DNA of 63,757 nucleotides, the filler included, from Octopus bimaculoides (lineage: Eukaryota), in the NCBI RefSeq assembly GCF_001194135.2. It is 8 parts of 8 records of this genome, joined end to end, with 100 filler letters (N's around TTAATTAATTAA, not from the genome) between each part and the next. Parts side by side here need not be neighbours in the genome. Positions count along the whole stretch, not along the records: positions 25,344 to 52,397 come from NC_068983.1; 7 more parts are not named here. The stretch is one strand, 5' to 3'. How positions within the stretch are numbered: the first letter of the stretch is position 1; each line of letters begins with the position of its first letter. A program made the translations under genes and the position numbers. Positions 25,683-39,615 of the stretch are shown piece after piece. The notes under the pieces were generated by a model, which was not told the origin of the DNA, did no database searches, and was given only the letters and a program-made list of their open reading frames with translations.

Positions 25683-27679
25683 GGTAATGAACTATATTCT
25701 GGGATCCTGTCACCAGAATACTCGGGATTCTTAACTAATCTGAACAATATTGTTAGCCTGAGATCTTACGAAGTATTTTGTCCGGATTGATAATCCCTCA
25801 TTAATAACTTTGTTTTATATATATATATATATNNNNNNNNNNNNNNNNNNNNNNNNNNNNNNNNNNNNNNNNNNNNNNNNNNNNNNNNNNNNNNNNNNNN
25901 NNNNNNNNNNNNNNNNNNNNNNNNNNNNNNNNNNNNNNNNNNNNNNNNNNNNNNNNNNNNNNNNNNNNNNNNNNNNNNNNNNNNNNNNNNNNNNNNNNNN
26001 NNNNNNNNNNNNNNNNNNNNNNNNNNNNNNNNNNNNNNNNNNNNNNNNNNNNNNNNNNNNNNNNNNNNNNNNNNNNNNNNNNNNNNNNNNNNNNNNNNNN
26101 NNNNNNNNNNNNNNNNNNNNNNNNNNNNNNNNNNNNNNNNNNNNNNNNNNNNNNNNNNNNNNNNNNNNNNNNNNNNNNNNNNNNNNNNNNNNNNNNNNNN
26201 NNNNNNNNNNNNNNNNNNNNNNNNNNNNNNNNNNNNNNNNNNNNNNNNNNNNNNNNNNNNNNNNNNNNNNNNNNNNNNNNNNNNNNNNNNNNNNNNNNNN
26301 NNNNNNNNNNNNNNNNNNNNNNNNNNNNNNNNNNNNNNNNNNNNNNNNNNNNNNNNNNNNNNNNNNNNNNNNNNNNNNNNNNNNNNNNNNNNNNNNNNNN
26401 NNNNNNNNNNNNNNNNNNNNNNNNNNNNNNNNNNNATTATAGATATGAAGTTTTTTAAATTTGATGGAGTTGATCTTTTTTTCTGTCCGAACAGAGGGAA
26501 CTGTAGTGTTCTTGGAATAAAGAGGATGTTTACATTTTCGAATTCTCAGGAGGAAAGGAAATGATAGTTATTCACAGAAGGTGTAGATATTAAAGGTTTT
26601 AAAGCTGATTGTTTATGTGTTCGAAAGCTTTAGATATGTAAGTTCCTTAACTTATTTTGTGAGAAATTCAAAATACTTGCAGGAAACTGTAGATAATCCA
26701 GTCTTTTAGTGTTATTTTTCAGTTGTCCTGCTGGGTTGTATTAGTGTTTCTGTGTCTTCAGCTGCTGACAAGTCAAGGCAGCGAAGAACACATCCAACCG
26801 CTGTCACGTCTAATATTATTATTATTATTGAGAGAGCAACGCATGCCATCAAAATGATACTGGGGTGACAGATATACGAGGCACTATATACCCATCATAA
26901 CTACCAGTCTGATAAAACTACACCAGGCACATGTGTCACTACAATACGTGTGCAACATGGTGATTTCATATCAAGATAAACAGCGCATGCCCTTACAGGT
27001 GAGGCTCAGTTAGAATTTTCTCCAGATCGAGTAGCCCATGCTACTCAGAAGATCCCTGAATAAGGATTGTTTAAGTATGATGAACGAAACATAGATGTTT
27101 CCAGAGGNNNNNNNNNNNNNNNNNNNNNNNNNNNNNNNNNNNNNNNNNNNNNNNNNNNNNNNNNNNNNNNNNNNNNNNNNNNNNNNNNNNNNNNNNNNNN
27201 NNNNNNNNNNNNNNNNNNNNNNNNNNNNNNNNNNNNNNNNNNNNNNNNNNNNNNNNNNNNNNNNNNNNNNNNNNNNNNNNNNNNNNNNNNNNNNNNNNNN
27301 NNNNNNNNNNNNNNNNNNNNNNNNNNNNNNNNNNNNNNNNNNNNNNNNNNNNNNNNNNNNNNNNNNNNNNNNNNNNNNNNNNNNNNNNNNNNNNNNNNNN
27401 NNNNNNNNNNNNNNNNNNNNNNNNNNNNNNNNNNNNNNNNNNNNNNNNNNNNNNNNNNNNNNNNNNNNNNNNNNNNNNNNNNNNNNNNNNNNNNNNNNNN
27501 NNNNNNNNNNNNNNNNNNNNNNNNNNNNNNNNNNNNNNNNNNNNNNNNNNNNNNNNNNNNNNNNNNNNNNNNNNNNNNNNNNNNNNNNNNNNNNNNNNNN
27601 NNNNNNNNNNNNNNNNNNNNNNNNNNNNNNNNNNNNNNNNNNNNNNNNNNATGTTTCTTTTCATTATATGTTTTTGGTA

Positions 27680-28340
<661 letters not shown>

Positions 28341-28539
28341 CTTACAATCAGTTAAGGTCATTATTATTTTTATTATTTATACACAAACACGAAATAATAA
28401 CTCAAAGATTTGTTCCATCATTAGAGAGAAATACTCATGCGTTGTTGCCTACATTTCAACTGTGATACATATTATGAAGCTAAAATCACCACATGATAAA
28501 TGGATTTAAGCGTCAGTACATACATACATACATTATGTA

Positions 28540-28742
28540 TATGTATGTTTGTATGTATTCATGTATATATGTATGTATTTATGTATATATGCAACTATGT
28601 ATGCATGAATCTATGTATGTATGTATGAACGTATGTATGTATGTGTGTATGTATGTATGTATGTATGTAGCAATGTTTTTATGCATGTGTGTAAGAGGGA
28701 GGGAGGGAAATAAATGGAGAGAGAGAAATGGGAGTGTGAAGT

Positions 28743-28820
<78 letters not shown>

Positions 28821-29815
28821 TTAATAAGAAATATAACTGCAAGTAGCAACAAATTTAAGTTTCTAATTTAGGTGTAAGACCTGTTTAATAAAAAGTGTGT
28901 GCGAGCAATCGCAAGCATAGCCGTGTAGACAAGAAATTCAGTTCGCAATTACAGGGTTTCGGATCTTCTGCTGCAGTCGTGGGTTGATCAATGTCATGTG
29001 CATAGAATTTGGCAGACGAAAACTGTGCTGAAAGGGTGTGCCATTTGCGTAGGCAAAGTGGAAGCTTTTGGAGGCTTTCTCATGGCTTCAAGTCTATTTA
29101 ACTGGAACCTGTCCCGGATTTTTTGTCGTTTAAGTAACTGAAAGTACCTCCTGAACGATCGAGAGGTTGTCGGTCGCACGGTCACCTAAACAAGGCAGTG
29201 ACTTGGGTAACCTAAGACTATAAATATTTATATGTATGTGTATATTGAATTTGAAATGCCCCTGATATTGTGCCCAAACTTCAGAATACTAACAATTAGA
29301 AAGTATATACTTTTATATTCAATAATGAATATTTATAGTTTTAGACTAAGTACTATCCTGTTTTGGTGACCGTGCGACTGACAACTTTCCGTTCGTTCTG
29401 GAGGTACTCCCAGTTACTTAAACGACAAAAAAAAATGGGATAGGTTCCGGCTAAATAGATCTGAACCCGTGAGTGAGCCTCTAAAAACTTCCACTTAGCC
29501 TACGCAGATGGCACACCCCTTCAGCACAGTTTCCGAGTGCCAAATTCTATGCACATGGCATTAATCAACCCACGACTGCAGCAGCAGATGTTGTAAAGTG
29601 TGACAGAATCCGAAACCCTGTAGTTGCGAACTGAATTTCTTATCTACACGGCTATACTTGCGCTTGCTAGCACACATTTTTATTAAACTAGTCTTACACC
29701 TAAATTAGAAACTCACTCTCTCTCTCTCTCACACACTCACTCCCCATTTCTTTCTCTTTATTTATTTCTCTCCCTCCCTCCCACACACACACACATACAT
29801 ACATTGCTACATACA

Positions 29816-29847
<32 letters not shown>

Positions 29848-29930
29848 CACGTAGGTAGATGTATGCATACATAAATACACGCACATACATACATTACATA
29901 CATACATACACACATACATACACAGATATA
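28540..29930. repeat. Long inverted repeat (fold-back); unique arms 28858-29250 and 29317-29713, extended by mirrored (AG)n and (ATGT)n tracts
   Basis: AGTTTCTAATTTAGGTGTAAGAC at 28858 is the reverse complement of 29691-29713; arms are about 85-90% identical with indels. Confidence 0.9.
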
Positions 29931-30579
29931 CACACGCGCTATCATTCACACCCACTCATATTGTCATTGGCCACTTCATCATTATATATTAAATTCTATT
30001 CAAATTGAAATCCGGTCTGTACCGGAAACACTCAGACAATAGAACGATGCTAGGCAACAAAACAAAATCGATAATCAATCACTGAACTTTAGTGACTTTG
30101 AATTGGTTCATTAGTGGAATGGTTGCTCGTTAGAAATTGTATGAAGTAATGGAATAAATTGTTATAAGTTGACGTAAATATTGATCCGAGTGTTTGAACC
30201 TTGAAGCTGTTAGTCCGAGTCTAACATCATTTCTAGGGTAGTGATTTAACCTGCAAAAGTGTAAATCACAGAGGCGGGTTAATGAGTAATAAATAAATCA
30301 TATAAACATAATGGATTCATAGTCTAAGTTTTTCGAAGACGTAATAAATGAAGAAGAAGTATTCATTACAGAAGCATTTGTAATGAAGCTATTTGTTGAT
30401 AGAGAAAGATGAATGGAAAATGTTGTCGGCAGCGTATTTCCTCTTTTCTGCTGTTCTCATCAGCTGCTGGCTGGTCTTATGTAACAACTTCCGTGCACTG
30501 ATAACCATCAGATTATAGTTGTTGCTCGCCTACTGAGAAATAAATAAATAAATGAGTATGCGATCTTATATTTCCATTA

Positions 30580-31223
30580 GGAAATCACCACCACCACCAC
30601 CACCACAACCACCATCACCACCACCACCACCACCACCAAAACCACCACCACCACCACCGCTACCACCACCATCATCGCCATTGCCGTCGTCGNNNNNNNN
30701 NNNNNNNNNNNNNNNNNNNNNNNNNNNNNNNNNNNNNNNNNNNNCCACGCACCACCACCATCACCACCACCACCACCACCAAAACCACCACCACCACCAC
30801 CGCTACCACCACCATCATCGCCATTGCCGTCGTCGTTGTGGTTGGTGTCACGATCACCAGCACCACCATCTTTCTCCTTTTGTTCATTATCATTAAGTTG
30901 ATCATAATCATTGTTGTTGACGTCATCATCGTCGTGGTCGTCATCATCGTCAACGTTATTGTCAACGTCGTCGTTGTTGTCTTCGTCAACATCTTCCTCT
31001 TCCTCCTCCTCCTCCTCATCATCATCATTATCATCGTCGTAATCACCATTATCTTTTTACTCTCTCTCCAATGTTATTAACCTCATCATCCCCGTCAGCT
31101 TCATCATCATCGTCAGCAGCAGCAACGTCAACAACGATCGCGTTGCCGTCATCATTATCGTCATCATTATCATCATGGTCATCGCTCCACCCTTCTCTCC
31201 TTTTATTATTCTTGACAACATTT

Positions 31224-31268
<45 letters not shown>

Positions 31269-31440
31269 GACATCATCATCATCATTTTTATAATTGCTTT
31301 CTTCACTACTAACCACCCTTCTCCTCATTACAGTTAATATCATCATTATAATCGTGGTTTTCACCATCACCATCATCACCATCATTGTTATCTTTGTTGC
31401 CATCATCATTGACACCATTCACATTGTCTCTATCCTTATC
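30580..31440. repeat. Compound trinucleotide low-complexity tract (CCA/CAT/CGT/CCT)
   Basis: Directly visible; it produces poly-P/H/D/M ORFs. Confidence 0.9.
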
Positions 31441-31515
31441 GTCAAAATATTCTCCGAACAATCATTATACGAGAGATTAACGTGCAGGACTTTTCCGTAC
31501 ACACACACGCTTGCG

Positions 31516-31710
31516 CGCCCTGACTATGAATTCTCATTTGTACCTATCATCATGGGTGCATTAAGATATGCACCAACACATTTACACAAAAACCTAGGAA
31601 CACTTGGTTTCACGGAAAAAGCGCAAAAGAAACTGAGGCGGATTCTCCAAATCCAATCTGTTAGAGGCACAGTAAAGATTTGTAAGGCATTCCAAAGATT
31701 CTCCATCTGA
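31516..31710 (+). mobile_element. RLE-type non-LTR retrotransposon, extreme C-terminus
   Basis: PDYEFSFVPIIMGALRY...LGF...LQIQSVRGTVKICKAFQRFSI*; homologous to 33067-33253. Confidence 0.7.
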
Positions 31711-32578
31711 GATTTTTTAGGTGAAATAGAGACGCACACTTGGGTGTGTGCATCGATAGCTCACCCAACACACCAACTCAACCCCATATTTACAAGCTGC
31801 GGGAATTATTCTTAACTCAAAAAGTCTAGTCGCTTTGTTAACAGCCGGCTTGAACTCTTAAGAAAAACTTAAGACTCGAAGAAAAACATACATATAAATC
31901 AAGAATTTTTGTTATATTAGTATTTGGCATACTTGCCCTTGCCTATGTTATTCAATTACATGCCACTGGCCATTTTGAGTTATTTCTTTTAGCTTATTTT
32001 TGTGTTGATGCAGAGCTACAGACACAATTACACACACAGACACACACACACACACACACACATACATACATACATACATACATACATACATACATAGACA
32101 AACACACAAGCACGCATAGACAGAGTCAACATCCATTGACAAGGTTGCAAAAACAACGAAATTTTTTGGAAGACCTAAAAAAAAACGAGTGGAAATTAAA
32201 CTGGTGGGCGTATTAGATATTAAAACAATATGACTCTCCCCAGACACAACAAAATTTTTGTTTAAATTATGCAAATTACCTAAGCCAGAACTATTTTCTA
32301 CTTTTGTGTATAAGTCCAAGACCTTTGGCTACTGGAGATAAGGTCTGAGAATTGTCATATTGATGACGGCTATTGCGGCAGAAACGTATCCACAACTGTC
32401 CTCTTATCTTCAGACAATAAGCCTGTCCTTTCTTTGATAAATGTCAATTTTGGAGAATTGTTGATTCTTGCTTTTTGATTCTTGAGAATTTCTTCCTTTC
32501 ACAAGTGGAGCAGGTCTTAATTGCCATTTGGTAATTATAATACATAATCTAGAGGCAGAGATAATTTTGATAATATTT

Positions 32579-32630
<52 letters not shown>

Positions 32631-32640
32631 ATGTATGTAT

Positions 32641-33253
32641 GTCATTATTCAGTTTTATTTCAAGCTTTTCTTGCCAATAGAGAAAGCCAGTTTCTAATCT
32701 AGATCCAAGGCTTCTTCGTGTATGTATGTATGTATGTATGTATGTATGTATGCATGTATGTATGTATGTATGTATGTATGTATGTATGTATGTATGTATT
32801 ATGTATGTATGTATGTCATTCTGCAGTTTTATTTCAATATTTCTGGCCAGTAGAGAAAGAGCAGGTTTCTAACCTAGATCCAAGACTCTTTCACTGGAAT
32901 TTCAACAATGGAATTTCAACTATTAACGGGATTGGTTTGTTTGTATGTATGTATGCATTTATGTATGTATGTATGTATGTATGTATGAATATATGCAGAT
33001 TTGTATTTTCTTTTATGTATGTATTCTCATGCATATAGGTGCATGTCTAGATATGCTCATATATACTTAAATGATAAACTTCCGGAAAGTTTAACAGATT
33101 TTTACAGTTCCAGTGATGGCTTGGATCTGTAAACTTTGAATCAGCTTTCACCTTTCCGGCTTTGAGAAGCCTAATTTTTCACGATTAGCACTTAGGCAGT
33201 GTGTTACATACCCCAGTGCACCAATAATTACAGGTATAAACCTGAACTTGTAA
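32641..33253 (-). mobile_element. RLE-type LINE 3' end, plus a second tandem 3' terminus; each is followed by (ATAC)n
   Basis: YKFRFIPVIIGALGYVTHCLSANREKLGFS...QIQAITGTVKIC*TFRKFII*. The 3' end AAATAAAACTG(A/C)A(T/G)AATGAC occurs at 32641 and 32815. Confidence 0.75.
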
Positions 33254-33416
33254 TGTATGTATATATGCGTGTGTGTGTCTGTGTATGTATGTATGTTTGT
33301 ANNNNNNNNNNNNNNNNNNNNNNNNNNNNNNNNNNNNNNNNNNNNNNNNNNNNNNNNNNNNNNNNNNNNNNNNNNNNNNNNNNNNNNNNNNNNNNNNNNN
33401 NGAGCGATTATATATA

Positions 33417-33718
33417 CTGTATTTTGAAATAATAGCATGAAATTTAATATTCAACAAATCCTAACGACGATATATGTTTTTAAAATAGTCTTGTATTAAA
33501 AAATATTTGTAAATATATGAAATATGACAGTTTAAGTGTTTGGTAATTAATGCATCTTACGATCATTTCGCGAAATTTGGTCATAATGGAATCCATTATT
33601 GATATAAATTGATAGACAATACTTCCACTCGTTAGAGATGGAGAAGGTTAAGTTTGTATAATATATCGAATGTTATTTTGAAAATCAGAAAAATATATGC
33701 TATTATTTCAAAATACAG
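33417..33718. mobile_element. ~300-bp MITE with 22-bp TIRs
   Basis: CTGTATTTTGAAATAATAGCAT and ATGCTATTATTTCAAAATACAG are perfect inverted repeats, in a TA-rich context. Confidence 0.6.
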
Positions 33719-34309
33719 CATATATAAATAGACATATATGTGTGTGTGTATGTATGTATATGTGTATATTATATATATATATATATATGAATTTAAATAA
33801 GAGCTTTGACGCTAAATCCATATATATTAAAGTTTATTACCTATGTATACATTTCTGTATAAGGTCAAATTCAACACTTAATTCAAGTTAAATAAGTAAA
33901 TTACCTTACACATCCTCAGGGTAAAAAGTAAAAAGTAAACACCAAAAAAGATTTATAATCTCTAAGGCTGATCCATATTCAAAATTCCTCCTGAATAATA
34001 GTCCGTCTAAGGAAGAAAGCCCTAATAATATTATTAATTATAAACAATCAAATAATACAAATTATTGATCACTGGTAATAAATTCTAAACTAATGGAAAT
34101 CTATACTATATTATCTCTAGAAACTTTAGTAAATAAATACAAATATACAATTAGATTACTAGTAATAATAAATCATACAGTTAATATATCCTGTTTTTTA
34201 AACCTAATATTATATTATAATACCAGATCATACTGAAATTTATAATTTATTTAAACCAGAAAAACGTATGCCTAAGAAAATGGCTACACCTGAAAACATT
34301 ATATGTGAG

Positions 34310-34688
34310 TTTATTTATTAACTTACCCTTAGAAAATAATATAAAAAATAATTCTAGATTATACAACGAGCAATATCTCTTGCCTTTGTCATAAGGGAAA
34401 GATTTTCCAATAATTGACCATTCTAACGAATATTGTTTTTTTTTTTTGTTCCTTCAGTTACCAAATAAATTTACTAAGACTAGCATTCGCCATTTTACTT
34501 CTATCTCTAAACGTATTATAATGATTCAATATTCGTTTACAAATTTGTCCCAAAGAACAACCCACGTATATGTTAACATCTGTTTGGGTCGTTACCTTAC
34601 ATTGGTAAACTATATTCTTCAACCTAGTAGTTGGGCCTTCAAACTTCAATCTTCTGGGGTTAACCTCTGTTACTGTAATCCTAGTACG

Positions 34689-34760
<72 letters not shown>

Positions 34761-35510
34761 TATATCAGGGTTCTCCTCACTATCCTCCCCAATTCCCTTT
34801 GATTTAAGTATTTTAAAATTATGAGCTGCAATTATTTGGGCTAAGTTCTTAGTGTTTGAGAAACCAAACCTAATGCTATGTGTATTAATAATTTTACCAT
34901 AATGTAAATTCTTTTGGAAATATCTACTTATCACCTCTTTAAACTGTGCAATCAAATTAGATTCAACATTTCTACCAAAAGAGATTATGGACCATACATT
35001 ATTATCTTTAGTGTTATCGCAGTTATTTGTATAATTCTTTAAAAATTTTAAATTACCTATGTTACGTTTATGAAAATCTCTGGGTTTATTTTCCTTATTT
35101 CCTCTTAACTTATTCTTATACTTATTATTCGTATAATTCATATCTGTCTTAATATTGTTACAATCAGGTTTGACATAGTAAACCTTCTCTTTGTATCCTG
35201 CCCTATTTAATGCCGAATTATAGAATTGAGCTTCATTATCAAAAACCATATCATTTGCAGATAATTTAGAAAGTCTTAATGAAATATTTCTTACTAAATT
35301 ATAGATAATTTTTCTAGGATGATTACTCCACTTCAGGTTAGTGGAAGGTTTATGATATGGTCTATATGTCTCATTTTTAATATCTAATGTCACATCTAAG
35401 AAATCAGCTAAAGAAATATCGTCTTCATAAATGATATTCATCCGCATTCTACGAAAAAATCTAGCCAATCTACCTTTAATTCTCTGTAATTGTTGGTTGG
35501 AGCTATTCTT
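34310..35510 (-). mobile_element. Penelope-like element: RT thumb plus GIY-YIG endonuclease, 5' truncated
   Basis: 336-aa ORF with DFLDVTLD, YRPYHKP, SNHP, RLSKLS, ALNRAGY, VYQCKV...IYVG, KRILNH and SLSKFIW; degenerate continuation LEWSII...YCSLYNLE...LINK. Confidence 0.9.
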
Positions 35511-36141
35511 CTTGAATTAAGAGTTGAATTTGACCTTATACAGAAATGTATACATAGATAATAAACTTTAATATATATGGATTTAGCGTCAAAGCTCTTA
35601 TTTAAATTTTTTGATATATAACCAAGGAGATCGATTCATAAGGAGTTTACTATAGACGTTTGTGGACGAATTTTTGATATTTTGGTAACGATTACATGTT
35701 TTATCTTACCAATACATTTGGTAGATATCATTATATGAACATATGTATATATATATATTCATTTATATTTATATAAGGGCATTACTACAGAATAATGCCA
35801 CACACTAGACTTCCCAAATAAACACATTTTTTTACCGAATGCAAGGAAAAGCAACTCTTAAAAAACCCAACCTTTTTTAAAAAAATGAATTCAACTATAT
35901 TTCGTACGATTCCACGATTACCAGAATAAAATCTAGCTTTCGCTAGATTATATATATATGTATATATTATATATATGTGTTTATATATATATTATATATG
36001 TATATATTATATATATAAGTATATTATATATATATTGTATACACATGTATATATATTATATATATGTATATATATATATTCTATATGTATGTGTATATAT
36101 ATTATATATATGTGTGTACATATATAAATATATATGTATAC

Positions 36142-36172
<31 letters not shown>

Positions 36173-36178
36173 TGTATG

Positions 36179-36209
<31 letters not shown>

Positions 36210-36524
36210 ACACACACACACACATATATATATATATATGTATATAACATAAATAATATATAATTATATGCATATATCCATACATATATCTACATACAAG
36301 CATATATGGGTACAGGACATCACAAAAAACGTTAAACACAATGAGAAACGAAAACATAAAGACGAGGACAGAAAACGAAATTTTTTTCGAACAACGAAAG
36401 AAATAAACAGAGAAGTGAGACATGCAACATAAAGAATATTACCCATACATGTATAGGTTTTAGCGAGTACGTGGGTGAGCATGTGTGTGTTTAAAGCGAG
36501 GGTAGTTTTCGTATTTAAGTAAAA

Positions 36525-37075
36525 GCTTTGCTTTTGATCTGTAGTACATCGCTTGTCATGTTTACACTTTTTAATCCAATATACACGCTTGTTGCTGTTG
36601 TTATTTTAGTTCATATTGCACCGATGTCGACTTTGCTTTCATTTGTTTCGGTGTCGATAAAATAAGTACCAATCGAGCACTGGGGTCCATGTAATTGACT
36701 TACTCCCTGCATATAGAAATGATTATTTATAACTTTATAACTTTATTTGCTTTTTAATAAGAGCAATTTTTTAATAAGAGCAGTCGTTGACGGAAATTTT
36801 ATTCGCAGTTGAGCCCACAGACATCACTTAGCATTCAAAATCAAGGACACGTCGTCTTTTATGAGAAGTCAGTGCCTACCTAGACAAGAGCTATAAATAT
36901 TAATTATTAAATACAAAGAGTAAATTACTTCTAATTCATTGAGAAAGAGAGATAAAGAGAGAGAGAGTGACAAACAGAGCGAAAGAGAGATAGAGAGAGC
37001 AAAAACAAAAAGACTACCACGACAATGAGAGCGGAAATTAAACTGCAACGCAATCTTACACCAGTACACACACAC
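36525..37075 (+). repeat. Copy 1 of an old inverted duplication (partner 49440-50780)
   Basis: 36525-36582 matches the reverse complement of 50722-50780; 36778-36940 matches the reverse complement of about 49825-49986; 37010-37075 matches the reverse complement of 49440-49505. Confidence 0.85.
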
Positions 37076-37127
37076 ATATTGATCAGGGGACGCATGCGTA
37101 TTACAGTACGTGTCCTTCACATTGCGC

Positions 37128-37241
<114 letters not shown>

Positions 37242-37552
37242 CTAATGATTGAAATGATTTCGAAAGCTGTTTCATGTAAGTGTATAACGTAGTAATAATG
37301 TATATATATATTCAGAAAAGGATGGAATATACAAAATAAAAGGCCAGAAAGAAAGGCGATACAGAGAAAAAATAGTCATTGAGCAGGTCACGGTATGTGT
37401 AACGAGAAATCTTTGACAAAATAACCAATAACTAATAATAATAAAGTTGACGTAAACGTATATATAAACCATAAAATGTTAGGAGGTATGAGAGATAATA
37501 CACTTATCATCTTAGTGTTATGGGCGTTTCGTAGCCTTTATCATCAATAATA

Positions 37553-38756
37553 TTAGGTTGTCAAGTATGAAATTTGTAGAAAAGAAAAAAAGTTTCCTAA
37601 TGTTTTATAAATACAAAGAATAGTTTTCTTCATCAAAGTATGCACCCATATTGTCAATACACTTTTGCCATTTCAGCGGCAACTTGTCCGGCCTGGAACT
37701 GTAAAAGCTTGGCAATCTAGAGTAAAAACAAATTTGGAACGCCTGTTTTACATCATCGTCAGAATTAAATTTTTTTCCTATCAAAAAGTTATCCAAATTC
37801 AGGAAGGAGTAATATCCAGTGGGGGACACGATCAGGTGAGTGTAGTGGATGATGGAGAACTTCCCTGTAGTTTCGACAATGTCATTTTTGCGATGTGTGG
37901 TCCGGCCTTGTCTTGCAATAAAATAGAAGTGGATCTGTTGACTAATCTAGGCTGTTTTTTGTAAGTTTCTGCATCATTCAGTTGGCTGCAGTATTCTTCG
38001 GCCGTTATTGATGAGCCAGGTTTAATGAAATCATAATGGATCACACCTGTGCCAGACCACCAAATACACACCATCAGCTTCTTTTGATGAATCTTGCTTT
38101 TCGGACTTTGTCTTGGCTTGTCTTTGTCCAACTATTGTGCTAAACGTTTACGGTTGTTGTATTGGATCCATTTCTGATTACATGTTACAATTCGATTCAA
38201 AAATGATTAATTTTTTTGTTGAGAAAGTAGCATAATGCAGGCTTCCAAACGTTGCTGTTTCTAATTTTCATTGAGTTCATGTGGAACCCACTTATCCAAC
38301 CTTTTCACTTTACCGATTTGAACTTGGTGAGTCAATATTGTCTACTTGCTAACACCAAACAACAACGATAATTCACGGGCACTTTGAGATAGCTCTGACT
38401 CGACGGTGGCTTTCAATTCGTCATTATCTATCTTTGTTTCTGGTTGACCGCTTTGCTCATTTGTGAGGTCAAAGTTACCAGAACGAAATTTTGCAAACCA
38501 ATTTGATACTGTCTGCTGTGTAATAACATTAGAATAAAATACTCCATTAATATTCCGAACTGTCTGTAACGTTGTATTTCCAAGAATGAACTCATTTTTC
38601 AAAACTTTACGAATTTTTGATTTATCCATCTCTAAACAAAAATAGTAAAAACGATTTATAAATACTTTATAAAGCGCAAAATGAGTTACAATAAAGAAAT
38701 AGATGTGTCAGCTCGCAAACAAAAAATAAAGATTGTCAAAATATAATAAAGGCGCA
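37553..38756 (-). mobile_element. Defective mariner (cecropia/Hsmar1-like); the right end runs into a gap
   Basis: TA|TTAGGTTGTCAAGTATGAAAT TIR. Peptides WFAKFRSGNFDL, KWVPHEL, KKLMVCIWW, LLQDKAGPH and LPLKWQKCIDNMGAYFD. Confidence 0.9.
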
Positions 38757-39615
38757 NNNNNNNNNNNNNNNNNNNNNNNNNNNNNNNNNNNNNNNNNNNN
38801 NNNNNNNNNNNNNNNNNNNNNNNNNNNNNNNNNNNNNNNNNNNNNNNNNNNNNNNNNNNNNNNNNNNNNNNNNNNNNNNNNNNNNNNNNNNNNNNNNNNN
38901 NNNNNNNNNNNNNNNNNNNNNNNNNNNNNNNNNNNNNNNNNNNNNNNNNNNNNNNNNNNNNNNNNNNNNNNNNNNNNNNNNNNNNNNNNNNNNNNNNNNN
39001 NNNNNNNNNNNNNNNNNNNNNNNNNNNNNNNNNNNNNNNNNNNNNNNNNNNNNNNNNNNNNNNNNNNNNNNNNNNNNNNNNNNNNNNNNNNNNNNNNNNN
39101 NNNNNNNNNNNNNNNNNNNNNNNNNNNNNNNNNNNNNNNNNNNNNNNNNNNNNNNNNNNNNNNNNNNNNNNNNNNNNNNNNNNNNNNNNNNNNNNNNNNN
39201 NNNNNNNNNNNNNNNNNNNNNNNNNNNNNNNNNNNNNNNNNNNNNNNNNNNNNNNNNNNNNNNNNNNNNNNNNNNNNNNNNNNNNNNNNNNNNNNNNNNN
39301 NNNNNNNNNNNNNNNNNNNNNNNNNNNNNNNNNNNNNNNNNNNNNNNNNNNNNNNNNNNNNNNNNNNNNNNNNNNNNNNNNNNNNNNNNNNNNNNNNNNN
39401 NNNNNNNNNNNNNNNNNNNNNNNNNNNNACACACACACACACACACACACACACACATTTGTTTTAGGTTTTCCACCCATTTGAATTCGGCCATACACCA
39501 GATAATTAAAATCTCGGAACAGATATGTCCCGAGATTTAAATTTTGAATTTGTTTTCATTTTAACATTACACCTCAGCTAAAAACATATTTTGGCTTTCG
39601 AATACAACCTTTCAT

